Origin: Minisyncoccia bacterium
GTDB lineage: Bacteria; Patescibacteriota; Minisyncoccia; Phycocordibacterales; DATGWK01
DNA length: 55,853 bases
Direction: 5' to 3'
Assembly: GCA_038259265.1 (NCBI GenBank)
Contig: JBBSOY010000003.1
Location: forward strand, 1 to 55,853
Below the pieces are notes generated by a model. The model saw nothing but the letters and a program-made list of their open reading frames with translations, was not told where the DNA came from and ran no database searches. A program made the position numbers and the translations under genes. This document shows positions 44,718 through 55,426 of this stretch, piece by piece (position 1 is the first letter of the stretch; every line of letters begins with the position of its first letter).

Positions 44718-46409
44718 CTAGACGGCGCTCGCGTCGGGGCCGATGATAGGCATGTTGGGTGCCTTTTTAAACTTTTTATGGAGCGCTTTTACTGTTTCTG
44801 TGAGCTCTCGGTTACCGAGGAGTGCGAGGAGAATGATACCGCAGATGGTGCCTACACCGCCAGCGACGACCCCTTGGGTCAACACGCCCAAAAAAGTGTC
44901 GAGCGTAACAAAAATATTGACGATATTGAGAGTGACGTAGGTTACAAAACCCATAGCAATAGCGACCATGGTGGATTCCATAGCCACGCGAGCCAACGCT
45001 TTGGCAATACCGCCGTAATCGCGGTTGAAGGTATACATATGGGCTATCGCCCCGAGAATGCTACCCGTTGAAAATGCCAAGGGCAGCATGAGCACGGCAG
45101 TTCCGGGCACGTCCGAAACTCGAAACACCGCCTCAACGAAGCGCTGAAAACCAGGGTACACCACGACGATATGCGAAAGGAGTGATGAAAAAAAGATCGT
45201 TGCGGCAGCTGTGGAAATATTGATATAAAAAGATTTTTTGGTATTACCAGCAGCATACCGAGCGCGAGTGAAAAGCAAAATGAGACCTTGGGCCGCAAGC
45301 GAAATGACAAAAAGTGCCAAGGCCGCGGCAGTGAGGCGCGTGTCCTGCCAGCTGAAGGCACCCGAACCCAGAATGACTCGAACGATATGGGCGCGCAACA
45401 CAATAAAGAGCGAAATGATCGGCAGCGACATAAAAATAATGTAGCGCGCAGTTGTGCTCAGGAGTTCAACGAACTTGCGGCGATCCCCGCCTGCAAACAA
45501 AGCCGAAAGTGTTGGAAAAGCCGCAAGCGAATAGCTCACCCCGATGATCGAAAGCGGCACAGATTGCAAGTTATACGAAAGACTGAAAACGGAAATGGAA
45601 CCGAGGCCCAAAAAAGACGCGACATAGACCAAGAAAAATTCTGAAACTTCCTGAGCCGACAATGCGAGTGTGCGTGGCATGGCAACGAGCATCACCCTCC
45701 ACACCGTTTTATATTTTTGCCAGGAAACCACAAACTTGGGCATGAGTTTCTGGCGAAATACAAACGGCGCTTGAACCAAAAAATGCCCGACAGCCCCGAG
45801 CACCACACCCCAGACCAAACCCACAACACCAAAACGCGGCACGAGGTAGAGCACGCCAAAAATAATGCCAAGGTTGTAGAGCAGCGGGCTGATGCCGTAA
45901 ATAAAAAAGCGGTTGTAGTACTGAGTCACGCTTGCGAATAAATTTGAAAGACCGAGAAAAAGCGGTGACAAAAGCAAGATGCGGGTGAGCAGAATTATTT
46001 GGCTGCGATATGGCTCTTCGGCGAAACCGGGAAAAAGCGAGGACGCAAAATGTGGAATGAGAAAAAAAGCGATGGTCGACACCACTGCCATCACAATGAG
46101 AAACACCGAAAACATCACACTCAAAAATTCCCGACCAGAATCTTTGCCGACTCGAATTTTTTCTGAAAAAAACGGGATGATAATGGAAGCCGAAAAAAAC
46201 GAAGCGACAATGACAAACAGAAAATCTGGGATTCGGAAAGCGGCATAATAGAGGTCGAGAGTCGTGCCCGCACCAAAGGTATGAGCAAGCAAGCGGTCGC
46301 GAAGCAATGCGAGCACCTGAGACATGATGGCAAAAGCGCCCAAAAGATATGCGGCCTCGTGCAAGCCGTTTATTTCTCGTCCAAGAAAATTAAAGAACTT
46401 TCTGACCAT
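44718..46409 (-). CDS. murJ: lipid II flippase MurJ
   Basis: L.LLRDRLLA..FGAG..LD.YYAAFRIPD motif; about 14 TM helices. Confidence 0.93.
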   Translation of the reverse strand: MVRKFFNFLGREINGLHEAAYLLGAFAIMSQVLALLRDRLLAHTFGAGTTLDLYYAAFRIPDFLFVIVASFFSASIIIPFFSEKIRVGKDSGREFLSVMFSVFLIVMAVVSTIAFFLIPHFASSLFPGFAEEPYRSQIILLTRILLLSPLFLGLSNLFASVTQYYNRFFIYGISPLLYNLGIIFGVLYLVPRFGVVGLVWGVVLGAVGHFLVQAPFVFRQKLMPKFVVSWQKYKTVWRVMLVAMPRTLALSAQEVSEFFLVYVASFLGLGSISVFSLSYNLQSVPLSIIGVSYSLAAFPTLSALFAGGDRRKFVELLSTTARYIIFMSLPIISLFIVLRAHIVRVILGSGAFSWQDTRLTAAALALFVISLAAQGLILLFTRARYAAGNTKKSFYINISTAAATIFFSSLLSHIVVVYPGFQRFVEAVFRVSDVPGTAVLMLPLAFSTGSILGAIAHMYTFNRDYGGIAKALARVAMESTMVAIAMGFVTYVTLNIVNIFVTLDTFLGVLTQGVVAGGVGTICGIILLALLGNRELTETVKALHKKFKKAPNMPIIGPDASAV

Positions 46410-48898
46410 TAGTTATTCGTTTCTTCGACTGGCAAGGTTTTTCGCTTTTCCGGAGCAGTGTCCGCAGATGCAGCTGAGGCATTTGCACCAGCAGTTTCTT
46501 CAGTAGCAAACGGATCGCGGCCTGCCCGAAGATTTTCCAAAATGAGCTCGATTTCCTGATTATCTGGATTTGTTTGCTTCAAATCTTCGAATTGAGCGAT
46601 GGCTTCTTGCTGTCGATTAATTTTTTGATAACTCAAACCGAGAAAATATTTCGCATTCGCATACACTGGCACAAGCTGCATTGATTTTTCAAATTCCCGT
46701 GCGGCGCCAGCGAAATCTTTGGATTCATATCTCAGCAAACCGATGCGGAAATAACCGAGCGGGTCGTTTGGAGAAAGTGCGGAGATCTGCTCCGCTGCCT
46801 GAATTGCCGCCGGCAAATCCCCTTTTGCCACATCAATTTGCGACTGCAGGAAAATAGCTTCGACGTAGTTCCATTTGAGCTCAAGAGCTTTGGCAATGTC
46901 GGCAGTAGCCGCATCGTAGTCTGGTAGTGCAGCTTCTGTACGCGCCAGACTGAGATGCAGCGCAGGGTTGCGGGGACTCAGAACAATAGCTTTTTCATAC
47001 GCCGCCTTTGCCGCATCGAGCGTGCCGTCGATACCAACGGGCAAAATTGCTTCATATACCCGAGCCGACGCCAAAGGATTTTCAAAATTATGCGGATCTT
47101 TTTTCTCGGCAAGAAGGGCCGACTCGATACCAGCAGAAAGAACATTTTGAAACTGTGTTTTTTGTTCTTCACTCACTTCTTTTTGGCCAGCCGCCGACGC
47201 GATAATGCCATTGATTCGCAATATATTCAGATCCGACAATGTTCGATAGTACAAATCGTTGTCCGCCAAGGCAATGGCTTTCAAAAGAAATGTTTCGCCC
47301 GCATTCAGATCCTGTTCTGTCCTGACAACCGTCACGGCCTTTTGGAAATAATACGAAGACAAGCCTTTTTGAAATGCACCGTACGCCAAACCAACGCTGC
47401 CCAAAATAATCACCACACATACGGAGATCACCACCAAACTAATCGTCTGATTTTTAGCAAAAGAAAGTCTGACGTTTTGAACAACGCCACCATGGATCGT
47501 CGACGCAATAAACAAACCAGTGAAAAAGAAAGCAAGCGCGATGATCACGACACCCGAGACATAGAAAATGGAGACGAGCCAGAAAAAGAGCGTCATCATA
47601 AAAGACGAAACAACAAAATATCGACTCATTGCATCGGCAGTTTTGGCAGTAAGCGCCCGGAAACCTGAGTACACCAAAACCAAAAAGAAAATGAGCCAAG
47701 CTATAACACCGAGCAACCCGGTTTCTACAAATGACGTGGGGACGTATCCGATTCCCTGGTCAAAGCTGACGTTCCAAAAATCCGAAGCGTTGATGTCGGG
47801 ACGATGCAGCTGCCATTGCTCCGAAAAACGATTCGGACCGGCGCCAGTGAGCGGCGACACAGCAATCGTACTTTTAAAAATCTCGTGGGTTGCAGTCCAA
47901 GACGGTCTGACCTCGAGGTTGTCGATACCAAACTTATTTGAAACAGTTTGACTTAAGTCTCGACCGATCGGCAATAAGAAAAGGATCGAAACAATAACGA
48001 CAACAAGCGTCGTTATGGCAATTTTTCTTCGGGGTGGTTCGAGGCGAGTTGTCGACGCAGTTTCTGGGGCGCTCGCGGTGGCAGCGTCAGAAATGACAGC
48101 TGATTCATCCCGGACGATTTGCATTTTACGCATGTTTTGCGAAGAAATCATCTGTTGAACAAAGAACAAAATTGCGAGCCCGCCGATGACGTACCACAGC
48201 ATCGAAAAATTAACGAGTGCCACAAACATGAGAGATAGCACGAGCACGACCATACCCCCGATTTTATATAACTTCGACAATTTCAAACTTTCAAGCGCGG
48301 CAAGCGACAAAAGTGCGCTCGCACCAAAGAAAATTCCGAGTTCATACCATTTACCAACCGGATTTGAAATTGGAGATGAGAAAATTCCAAATGACAAAAA
48401 ATCGGACCCAATACACAAACGGAGGATTTGAAACAAAGCGAGTATTCCCGCCACTGCCAAAAAAACAAAGTGTATGGTCAAAATTTTTTTCGAGCTATGT
48501 GAGCCAGTAAAGATAACCGAAACAACGTAGGCAAGCACACACATAAGAAGGGTGAAATAAAACGTATTTACCTCGAAACCATACCCAAAGAGCGAGCTGG
48601 CAACGGAGCTGCTCAAAAGCGCGGAAGCAAAATACACGACAGATATGAAGCCGAGCGCGGCCAAGACGAGGCTTTTTGAGAAAAGAAAACTACCCTTTTT
48701 GATGAGCACAATAAGAAAAGAGACCAGAGCAAGAGTAACGCCACCGGACACAAACATGGCCTTGCCAAACTGGGTTGACATGAACGGTGAAAAAATCACA
48801 AACAGCGGAATGAGCGCAACGAAAGCCGCCAACAAGATGAACGGAATATTTTCCAATTTTAAAAACCGCTTCATGCCACCCTCTTGTTGTGCATCCAT
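46409..48898 (-). CDS. multi-TM O-antigen-ligase-like membrane protein with C-terminal TPR repeats
   Basis: About 12 TM helices, PLTGAGPNRF and ETGLLG segments, several TPR repeats; TAATG coupling to murJ. Confidence 0.78.
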   Translation of the reverse strand: MDAQQEGGMKRFLKLENIPFILLAAFVALIPLFVIFSPFMSTQFGKAMFVSGGVTLALVSFLIVLIKKGSFLFSKSLVLAALGFISVVYFASALLSSSVASSLFGYGFEVNTFYFTLLMCVLAYVVSVIFTGSHSSKKILTIHFVFLAVAGILALFQILRLCIGSDFLSFGIFSSPISNPVGKWYELGIFFGASALLSLAALESLKLSKLYKIGGMVVLVLSLMFVALVNFSMLWYVIGGLAILFFVQQMISSQNMRKMQIVRDESAVISDAATASAPETASTTRLEPPRRKIAITTLVVVIVSILFLLPIGRDLSQTVSNKFGIDNLEVRPSWTATHEIFKSTIAVSPLTGAGPNRFSEQWQLHRPDINASDFWNVSFDQGIGYVPTSFVETGLLGVIAWLIFFLVLVYSGFRALTAKTADAMSRYFVVSSFMMTLFFWLVSIFYVSGVVIIALAFFFTGLFIASTIHGGVVQNVRLSFAKNQTISLVVISVCVVIILGSVGLAYGAFQKGLSSYYFQKAVTVVRTEQDLNAGETFLLKAIALADNDLYYRTLSDLNILRINGIIASAAGQKEVSEEQKTQFQNVLSAGIESALLAEKKDPHNFENPLASARVYEAILPVGIDGTLDAAKAAYEKAIVLSPRNPALHLSLARTEAALPDYDAATADIAKALELKWNYVEAIFLQSQIDVAKGDLPAAIQAAEQISALSPNDPLGYFRIGLLRYESKDFAGAAREFEKSMQLVPVYANAKYFLGLSYQKINRQQEAIAQFEDLKQTNPDNQEIELILENLRAGRDPFATEETAGANASAASADTAPEKRKTLPVEETNN

Positions 48899-49034
48899 AA
48901 TAATTTCAGTCGGGTTACCCTTTTTTATAATATAACTTCACTCAGTATTGCAAAAAAAGAGGGGCCAATCAACGAATTACTTTCAACAACTTTTAGCAAA
49001 AAACTTGTTCAACACCTGTAAAAATCTGACAGAC

Positions 49035-49059
49035 AAAAACCCGCTTTAGGCGGGTTTTT
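49035..49059 (-). terminator. terminator after RNase P RNA
   Basis: aaaaacccgc-tttag-gcgggttttt. Confidence 0.8.
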
Positions 49060-49068
49060 GTTATGCAT

Positions 49069-49509
49069 GTTCTGTGTCTATAAGCCGAATTTTGTACTCG
49101 ATGTACCACGTTTTACCGCAACACCTCGAGCGGTACCTATTTATCTGTCTGTCCGGTTACCCGGCAGATCAAGCGGCACTCTCGCATAGATTCAAACTTT
49201 CATTTAAACCTGACGAACGCGGCCTTGCACACGAGTAAGGATTTAGCCGTTGCACTCCGACGGTTGCCCGGCGGCTCATCCGCACATGCTTCGAAATACC
49301 GAAATATTTCAACTCATCTGCGGAGCCGGTTGCTTTCGCATTCCGGCGTCTCTGTTCGCACCTCGTGGATTACTCCAGACGGGCGTTACCCGCTACCCCT
49401 TGCCCTATTTCTGCACCTACCTTGCGGCAAATGCAAAAGCGTGGCTGTGTGTTCGGACTTTCCTCCCCTTTCGTCTTACGACAATCAGAGCAGGTACCCG
49501 ACACAGAAC
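49069..49509 (-). ncRNA. rnpB: RNase P RNA
   Basis: Minus strand has GAGGAAAGTCC near the 5' end and ACAAAATTCGGCTTA near the 3' end; terminal P1 helix GTTCTGTGTC/GACACAGAAC. Confidence 0.95.
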
Positions 49510-49561
49510 TCACATAATAGCACAATATTTTAACTAGAGCAAGCCATTGATTAGAATGCGC

Positions 49562-52500
49562 CTATTCCGTTGGCTGTTTTGGTGATGGAGCAGGTGTCGG
49601 CCCAGGGGCAGGAGCTGGTTCGGGAGCAGGCGGAGGGGTTGGAGCAGGTTGACCCTCACTATTGCCTTCCCCAGCGCCGGTGTCGACGACATCTTTTGCT
49701 GCAGGCTCATCCGGAGAAATTACGGGTGGCTGCTCAATAGTAGGATCTGGAGTTGGGGCAGGATTTGGAGTCGGCGTTGGGTTTGGCACAGGCTCATCTG
49801 GTGTGTCATTTTTTGAGTCATCTTCTTGCGAAGTCTTTGCATTGTCTTCGCAGGTGCCGGGCAGATTTTTCATTTTACCATTTGAAACCTTGAGACAGAA
49901 CGGCTCGCCGGTGACGTCGTCATAGAGGGTGATGCCTGTTGGTTTTTCTGGAGTTCCAACAGTAAGGTTTTCTGCAAAGAGATTTTTAAAATATGCAAAG
50001 CCTTCGGAAATTCTGACACCAAGTGTTTCAAGCACATGCACAATACCGCCTGTTGCCGGAGTTGAAGTGCCAGTTACACCAAGTGCCACCGCTTCTTCTA
50101 CAGCAGCAATCCGCGCTTCGAGAGAATCGATTTTCAATTGTTGTGCCTTTACGCCACCGAGTGTAAACGAAGCGAGCTTGTAAATATCAACATCGCCTGA
50201 TGCGGTCAAAATTTCCGTCGGCGCATTGTCACCGATAATTCCAAGTCTCGTGGTGGTACCGGTATCCGAAAGATAATTAAATGTCGAAAGATTGAGAGTT
50301 TTTATTTTTTCAAGATAGCCCGCGTAGTCTGTGTCGCCAAGTGCTTGAACATTTTTCATACCGCTGCGACCAGCAAATGCAGCGATGGTCATTGCTCGAG
50401 CATCGCCCACAATGTTTAGCTTGTACTGAGCCGAAGTTGTGCCAATACCAACGTTTCCCTTTTCGTCGGTTACAAGCGCATTGCCAGCATAGTAACCAGG
50501 ATTCAAAGAAACCATAACAGAAGATGTTGCTGTCGAGGTGCCTGTTTGAGCCACGTTTTCAATCGCACGGCCAATGATGAAGCCCGATGCGGTGGCTTTC
50601 ATACCAACACCCGGAATATCCGAAGATGTAATCGGATCGCCGACTCGTATTTGTCCATTTAAATTATTCACTGTGACCGGTGCCCGGCCCGCGATGGCAA
50701 CGGCAGTTACATCGCCTTCGTATACACCAAGCACCTGCTGAACGGATTCCGCAACGACACCAAGAAGATTTCGATCATTCCTTTTAGTAGAAAGATCGAC
50801 CATAAATCCACCGTCTGTACTTATTGAAACAAGACTTCCTGGAACATATTCTGCCGCATTTCTCGTAAGATATGCAGACGCGATATTTGCTCCTGAAATA
50901 CCATCGTAGTCTGGAGTGTTATTAAGAAGCAGGTTTGCAAATCCTGGCTCTGACGCCAAATCTTCATTTGATGGATCATCGATCCATACTTTGATATAGC
51001 TAATATCGAAAGTTCTCAGAGTAGAGTTTGCAGTTGTCTGGACACCGAGCTGAATCACTGGCGCCATGACGGTAGCCGATGAAGGAAGATTACCGGAACT
51101 AGAAACGGTACCAACAACATTATTATTAATTAAAAACACTGCATCCTTTGCCGAAACTTCAATTCTTAATTTTTGAAAATCAGTACTTGATGTTGCGATA
51201 CCAGTATCAACATAATATGCATACGAACTCGAAACTCGAGAAATCATTTTCCAGGTTGTAGATGTCGCAGCAAAATATACACCGTTTGCGGGCTCAGTAG
51301 CCGCATCAGCAGATCCTGCCGTATCATCTGAAAATCCAACTAAGTAGAGAGTATTCGGAAGTGGTGCGGCCGTCCTAACAAACGCTTCTATTACTGGATT
51401 ATTTTGCACGGCGGTTACTTTGTTCCAAGTTCTCAAATATACACCCTCACCACTTGCAGCACCGCTTATATTACCAGCTCGAAGGGAGCCGTATCCTGGG
51501 TTTGAGCCAGTATTCTGAACCATGCCTCCGTCGCTGTCGGAATCAATAGAAAACTGACCACAAACATTGGGTGTATCGGCACTTGTACCAGAAACAATGT
51601 TGGCACCAAACTCATCACATCTGAGCTCTCGCCAAGTAGAGTAAATTCTTCCTGACACGACAAACTGATCGCGAAGTCCGGCATTTCCGGAATTTGTGGT
51701 TGTGCCGATCGCAACCCGAGCCCAATCCATGGCACCAGTTGTTGTCGCGCTCACATACAGAAGCGGAAATGCGTCGCCGGCTGTCGATGTGCCCACAAAA
51801 AGCTGCGGCAGGGTGTTGCTATTGTTTATGACCGAAAGTTTTGCATATGGCGTAGTGGTACCGATGCCGACATTTCCATCGGCAATAAAGCCGCCGCCGG
51901 TTCGCAAAACTCCCGCAGAATTTCTGTACAGCGTGGTGTCTCGACCTCCAACCTGCGTCGTCGCAAAATTTGATTCTGATGACCAGCCCATAATACCGCC
52001 TGATGCGAGCAAATAATCCTGTCCGTTCCATCGATGCTGAATGTTGTTTGCAGAGTCGGTGATTTCAAACCAGCCATTGTTTGGATTGGTTCGGAACCGA
52101 ATTTCCCAACCGTTATTTTTCAAAGCAAAGCCAGCTGTTCCGCCGCCAGTCGTATTTTCGTACATTGCCTGGTACATACTTCCCGCACCATCGCCGATCA
52201 CATGAAGTTTGCGACTCGGAGCGTCCGTACCGATACCCACAAAACCTTCGTAGCCCGTGTCGCCGCGAATGGTGAGTTTCGACAAATCACCTGAACCAAT
52301 CTGGGTCGACGAAGCAATGTTGTTTATAATGTACTGACCAAAAGTACTCGTATTATCAAAAGAGGTACTGTTGTTGAATCCAAAAACAAATTCATTGTTG
52401 CCGCTCAAGGAGTTTGCGCTACCGAAGGCATAGCTGCCGTTCCCGCTCACAGAATTCGTATATCCAAACGCTCCAGCGTCGGTCGCGCCGCTCAAAATAT

Positions 52501-55420
52501 TTTGAATACCAAACGCAGAAGTATAGTCACCTGAGAAAATAATATTTCCCAGGCCAATACCAAGCGAGTGATCTGCACCAGCATAATTAAAATTACCAAT
52601 TGCAATACCGGTGTCTTCGGCGCTGTTGGAAATACCAATAGCAATTGCATTGTTACCAGTTCCGTTTGCGGTGTTTTGAAGGCCGATAGCAACGCTTGAA
52701 AAAGCAGCTGAATTATAATTACCGATTGCGATACCATCTGAAACAGTCGAGATATTTTCTACACCAATAGCGCTACTTGAAACACCATACGCAGTGTTAC
52801 GCGCACCAAGCGCCAAAGATTCTGCACCCGACGCCACCTGGTTCACGTCGTTTCGGGTACCCTGAATATCGACCGCATCAGTTCCACGAATCTTTCCGGT
52901 TACATCACCAATAATTGTAGCAAGCGTACCATCTTTTTTAAGAGCGAGCGTGCCGGTCGCGACGATATTGCCACCAATATATGCATCACCAGCAAGCGAA
53001 AATCTTGCAAACGGCGAGGATGTGCCGATGCCAACATTGCCAGTGCTGTAATAAATATCACTACCGACAGTGGTCCACGGAGATGAACCGCCGCTACTAA
53101 TACCGAGCGAAGAAGTCGCGGTGAGGGTGTAGCCACCGCTCGCATTTCCGACCAAAAGCTGGCCGTATGTCGGTGCTGTGGTAAGCCCTGTGCCACCATA
53201 CAGAACGCCAATTGAAGACGTTGCAGAAACAACGCCAGCATTGGCTTGCAGTGGGCCGTTGAGTGTACCGAGGGTGAGTGAAGAAAGGGTTGAAAGACCG
53301 GTGACGTTTAGGGTTGAAGAAAGTGTTGTTGCTCCACTGACAGCAAGTGTACCGGTCGCAGTGAGATTGCCGCCGATGTAGGCACCACCGGCAACTGAAA
53401 GTTTTGCGAATGGCGAACTGGTGCCGATGCCGGTAAAGCCCTCATACCCAGTGTCGCCACGAATTACAATTTTTGATGAATCCCCTGAACCGATCTGGGT
53501 CGACGATGCAACGCTATTATTTATAAACGAACCAAAAGCCGCACCTCCTGTTACGGAAACTGTATTTCCTAAACCAAACGCTTGGCCAAAATTTCCCGAA
53601 ACAGTATTCAAAATACCAACTGCCGATGAAAGCCGACCAATAGTGGCCGTACCTGTAGCTGTTCCTGATACAGCACCGGTAGTGAGATTCAAGGTGCCAC
53701 CCGTTTGGTTATTCAAAAGACCCATTGCAACCACACCTGCAAAGGTGTTACCGAAATTAAAATTACCGACCGCAGCAGAATTTACTCCGTATACATAATT
53801 TCTATAACCCAAAGCAGCCGTGTTTGTGTTTGCGGCAATATTGTAGAGTCCGATAGCAGCACTGTCGCTGCCATATGCTTTGTTGAAAATACCGAATGCA
53901 ACTGACTCTACTCCGGTTGAGATGTTAAAGTTACCCACTGCCGTCGTAGTGTCCTCTGCAACGTTTCCATACCCAAAAGCTGTAGCAATACCATCACCAA
54001 GCGCTGAAACAGTATTGAATCCACCTACTGCGACAGAAATACCACCAATTGAGCCCGAAGCAGAATTATAACTTCCAACCGCAACAGAACTATTGCCTGA
54101 AGCAACCTCAGAGGCATTGTTTCGAGCACTTTGAATATCGAGGGAATTAGTACCGCGTGTGTTACCTGTAACATTTCCAATAATTGTCGAGTTTGATGAG
54201 GCTTTAGACACTTTGAGTACTCCGGTGACTGACACATCATACGCAAATGATGACGTTGCCGTCGTCGAAGTCGCGGTCAAATAATTAACCGTTGGAGAAG
54301 TCGAGGCAGCGAGCGCCGAAGTGCCGCCCGGAGAATACAACCAACCCTGACCAAACGATGTAGCACCGGTGCCACCTTGGTTCACACCAAGCGTGCCACT
54401 GAGGCCAGAAAGAGTGATACCGAGAGACGAGGTTGCAGTAAGGGTGTAGCCGCCGCTCGAGTTTCCGACCAAAAGATTTCCGTACGCAGGTGCTGAGGTG
54501 AGTCCAGTGCCGCCGTACAAAACACCAACGGAAGAAGTGGCGGAAACAACGCCAGCGTTGGCTTGCAGTGGGCCGTTAAGTGATGTGGCGAGTGTGGTAA
54601 CTCCTGCGACATTGAGCGTCGAAGAAAGCGTTGTTGCGCCGGTGACGTTTAGAGTGGATGACAAAGTTGCCGCACCGCTGACTGCGAGCGTACCGGTCGC
54701 AGTGAGATTGCCGCCGATGAAAGCGTTGCCGCCGACCGAAAGCCGCGCAAATGGCGAACTGGTGCCCACTCCCACATTCCCATTCGACAAAATACTAAAC
54801 GCTGGCGCTGCATCAGTACCGTAAAATTCTGCGACTCTGCCCGCGCCAGTCTGGGTCACCGTGAGGAATGTCGTTGCGGTCGATGTCGAATTTACGGCAT
54901 CGCTTCGCAAAAACTGCTCGCTTGAAAGACCGTCAACTTTGTCGGCTTCAAACGCAGCTGGCACGGTGCCCAAAACTTTTCGAGGCGTCATTTCCCCATC
55001 CCATGCAGGCGAACCACTCGAACCACCGATTTCTACACCAAGGTAGAGCGGCTGGTTAAAATCAACATTTGCCAAAGATGTCGAGCTGCCGAGCATGACG
55101 CTAAAGAGTCCGTTTGAAATGGTCACCCGATCGCCCGCATTAGTGCTTCGGTCTTCTGTCCAAATACTTGAGCCGCCGGTCAATGACGTATAAAGATTAA
55201 ACATCATGTGATACGTGCCGTCGGCGACCGCAACGTTGCTACTGTTAGTCAACTTTCCCTGATAGTTGATCTGTTTATTGAAAGACGCAGCTTCTGCGTA
55301 TCTTTCTCCCACTATTCCATGACTCAACACAAAATATTGCGCCACACTCGACACAGCGAAAAGTACAACCAAAAGAGCTTTTGGCAGGACTCGTATTATA
55401 TTTTGCGTAGCTTTTTTCAA
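49562..55420 (-). CDS. giant fibre/adhesin-like surface protein (1952 aa)
   Basis: Signal/TM, INYQGKL N-domain, GNVGIGT.SP repeats, YadA-head-like A(I/F)G..N repeats, chaperone-like (G2- and S74-type) domains and a Pro-rich tail. Confidence 0.85.
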   Translation of the reverse strand: MKKATQNIIRVLPKALLVVLFAVSSVAQYFVLSHGIVGERYAEAASFNKQINYQGKLTNSSNVAVADGTYHMMFNLYTSLTGGSSIWTEDRSTNAGDRVTISNGLFSVMLGSSTSLANVDFNQPLYLGVEIGGSSGSPAWDGEMTPRKVLGTVPAAFEADKVDGLSSEQFLRSDAVNSTSTATTFLTVTQTGAGRVAEFYGTDAAPAFSILSNGNVGVGTSSPFARLSVGGNAFIGGNLTATGTLAVSGAATLSSTLNVTGATTLSSTLNVAGVTTLATSLNGPLQANAGVVSATSSVGVLYGGTGLTSAPAYGNLLVGNSSGGYTLTATSSLGITLSGLSGTLGVNQGGTGATSFGQGWLYSPGGTSALAASTSPTVNYLTATSTTATSSFAYDVSVTGVLKVSKASSNSTIIGNVTGNTRGTNSLDIQSARNNASEVASGNSSVAVGSYNSASGSIGGISVAVGGFNTVSALGDGIATAFGYGNVAEDTTTAVGNFNISTGVESVAFGIFNKAYGSDSAAIGLYNIAANTNTAALGYRNYVYGVNSAAVGNFNFGNTFAGVVAMGLLNNQTGGTLNLTTGAVSGTATGTATIGRLSSAVGILNTVSGNFGQAFGLGNTVSVTGGAAFGSFINNSVASSTQIGSGDSSKIVIRGDTGYEGFTGIGTSSPFAKLSVAGGAYIGGNLTATGTLAVSGATTLSSTLNVTGLSTLSSLTLGTLNGPLQANAGVVSATSSIGVLYGGTGLTTAPTYGQLLVGNASGGYTLTATSSLGISSGGSSPWTTVGSDIYYSTGNVGIGTSSPFARFSLAGDAYIGGNIVATGTLALKKDGTLATIIGDVTGKIRGTDAVDIQGTRNDVNQVASGAESLALGARNTAYGVSSSAIGVENISTVSDGIAIGNYNSAAFSSVAIGLQNTANGTGNNAIAIGISNSAEDTGIAIGNFNYAGADHSLGIGLGNIIFSGDYTSAFGIQNILSGATDAGAFGYTNSVSGNGSYAFGSANSLSGNNEFVFGFNNSTSFDNTSTFGQYIINNIASSTQIGSGDLSKLTIRGDTGYEGFVGIGTDAPSRKLHVIGDGAGSMYQAMYENTTGGGTAGFALKNNGWEIRFRTNPNNGWFEITDSANNIQHRWNGQDYLLASGGIMGWSSESNFATTQVGGRDTTLYRNSAGVLRTGGGFIADGNVGIGTTTPYAKLSVINNSNTLPQLFVGTSTAGDAFPLLYVSATTTGAMDWARVAIGTTTNSGNAGLRDQFVVSGRIYSTWRELRCDEFGANIVSGTSADTPNVCGQFSIDSDSDGGMVQNTGSNPGYGSLRAGNISGAASGEGVYLRTWNKVTAVQNNPVIEAFVRTAAPLPNTLYLVGFSDDTAGSADAATEPANGVYFAATSTTWKMISRVSSSYAYYVDTGIATSSTDFQKLRIEVSAKDAVFLINNNVVGTVSSSGNLPSSATVMAPVIQLGVQTTANSTLRTFDISYIKVWIDDPSNEDLASEPGFANLLLNNTPDYDGISGANIASAYLTRNAAEYVPGSLVSISTDGGFMVDLSTKRNDRNLLGVVAESVQQVLGVYEGDVTAVAIAGRAPVTVNNLNGQIRVGDPITSSDIPGVGMKATASGFIIGRAIENVAQTGTSTATSSVMVSLNPGYYAGNALVTDEKGNVGIGTTSAQYKLNIVGDARAMTIAAFAGRSGMKNVQALGDTDYAGYLEKIKTLNLSTFNYLSDTGTTTRLGIIGDNAPTEILTASGDVDIYKLASFTLGGVKAQQLKIDSLEARIAAVEEAVALGVTGTSTPATGGIVHVLETLGVRISEGFAYFKNLFAENLTVGTPEKPTGITLYDDVTGEPFCLKVSNGKMKNLPGTCEDNAKTSQEDDSKNDTPDEPVPNPTPTPNPAPTPDPTIEQPPVISPDEPAAKDVVDTGAGEGNSEGQPAPTPPPAPEPAPAPGPTPAPSPKQPTE
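53099..54780. repeat. intragenic duplicated module in the giant protein
   Basis: The roughly 110-120 aa module GTSSPFA.LSV.G.A.IGGNLTATGTLAVSGA..LNGPLQANAGVVSATSS..GYTLTATSSLGI occurs at about 54416-54780 and about 53099-53431. Confidence 0.85.
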
Positions 55421-55426
55421 GGTAAA

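Noticed and set aside
49562-55420. Prophage tail-fibre gene
   Set aside because: It has a signal/TM segment and lies next to rnpB with no capsid, terminase, portal or integrase genes in the window, so it is better read as a cellular surface protein.
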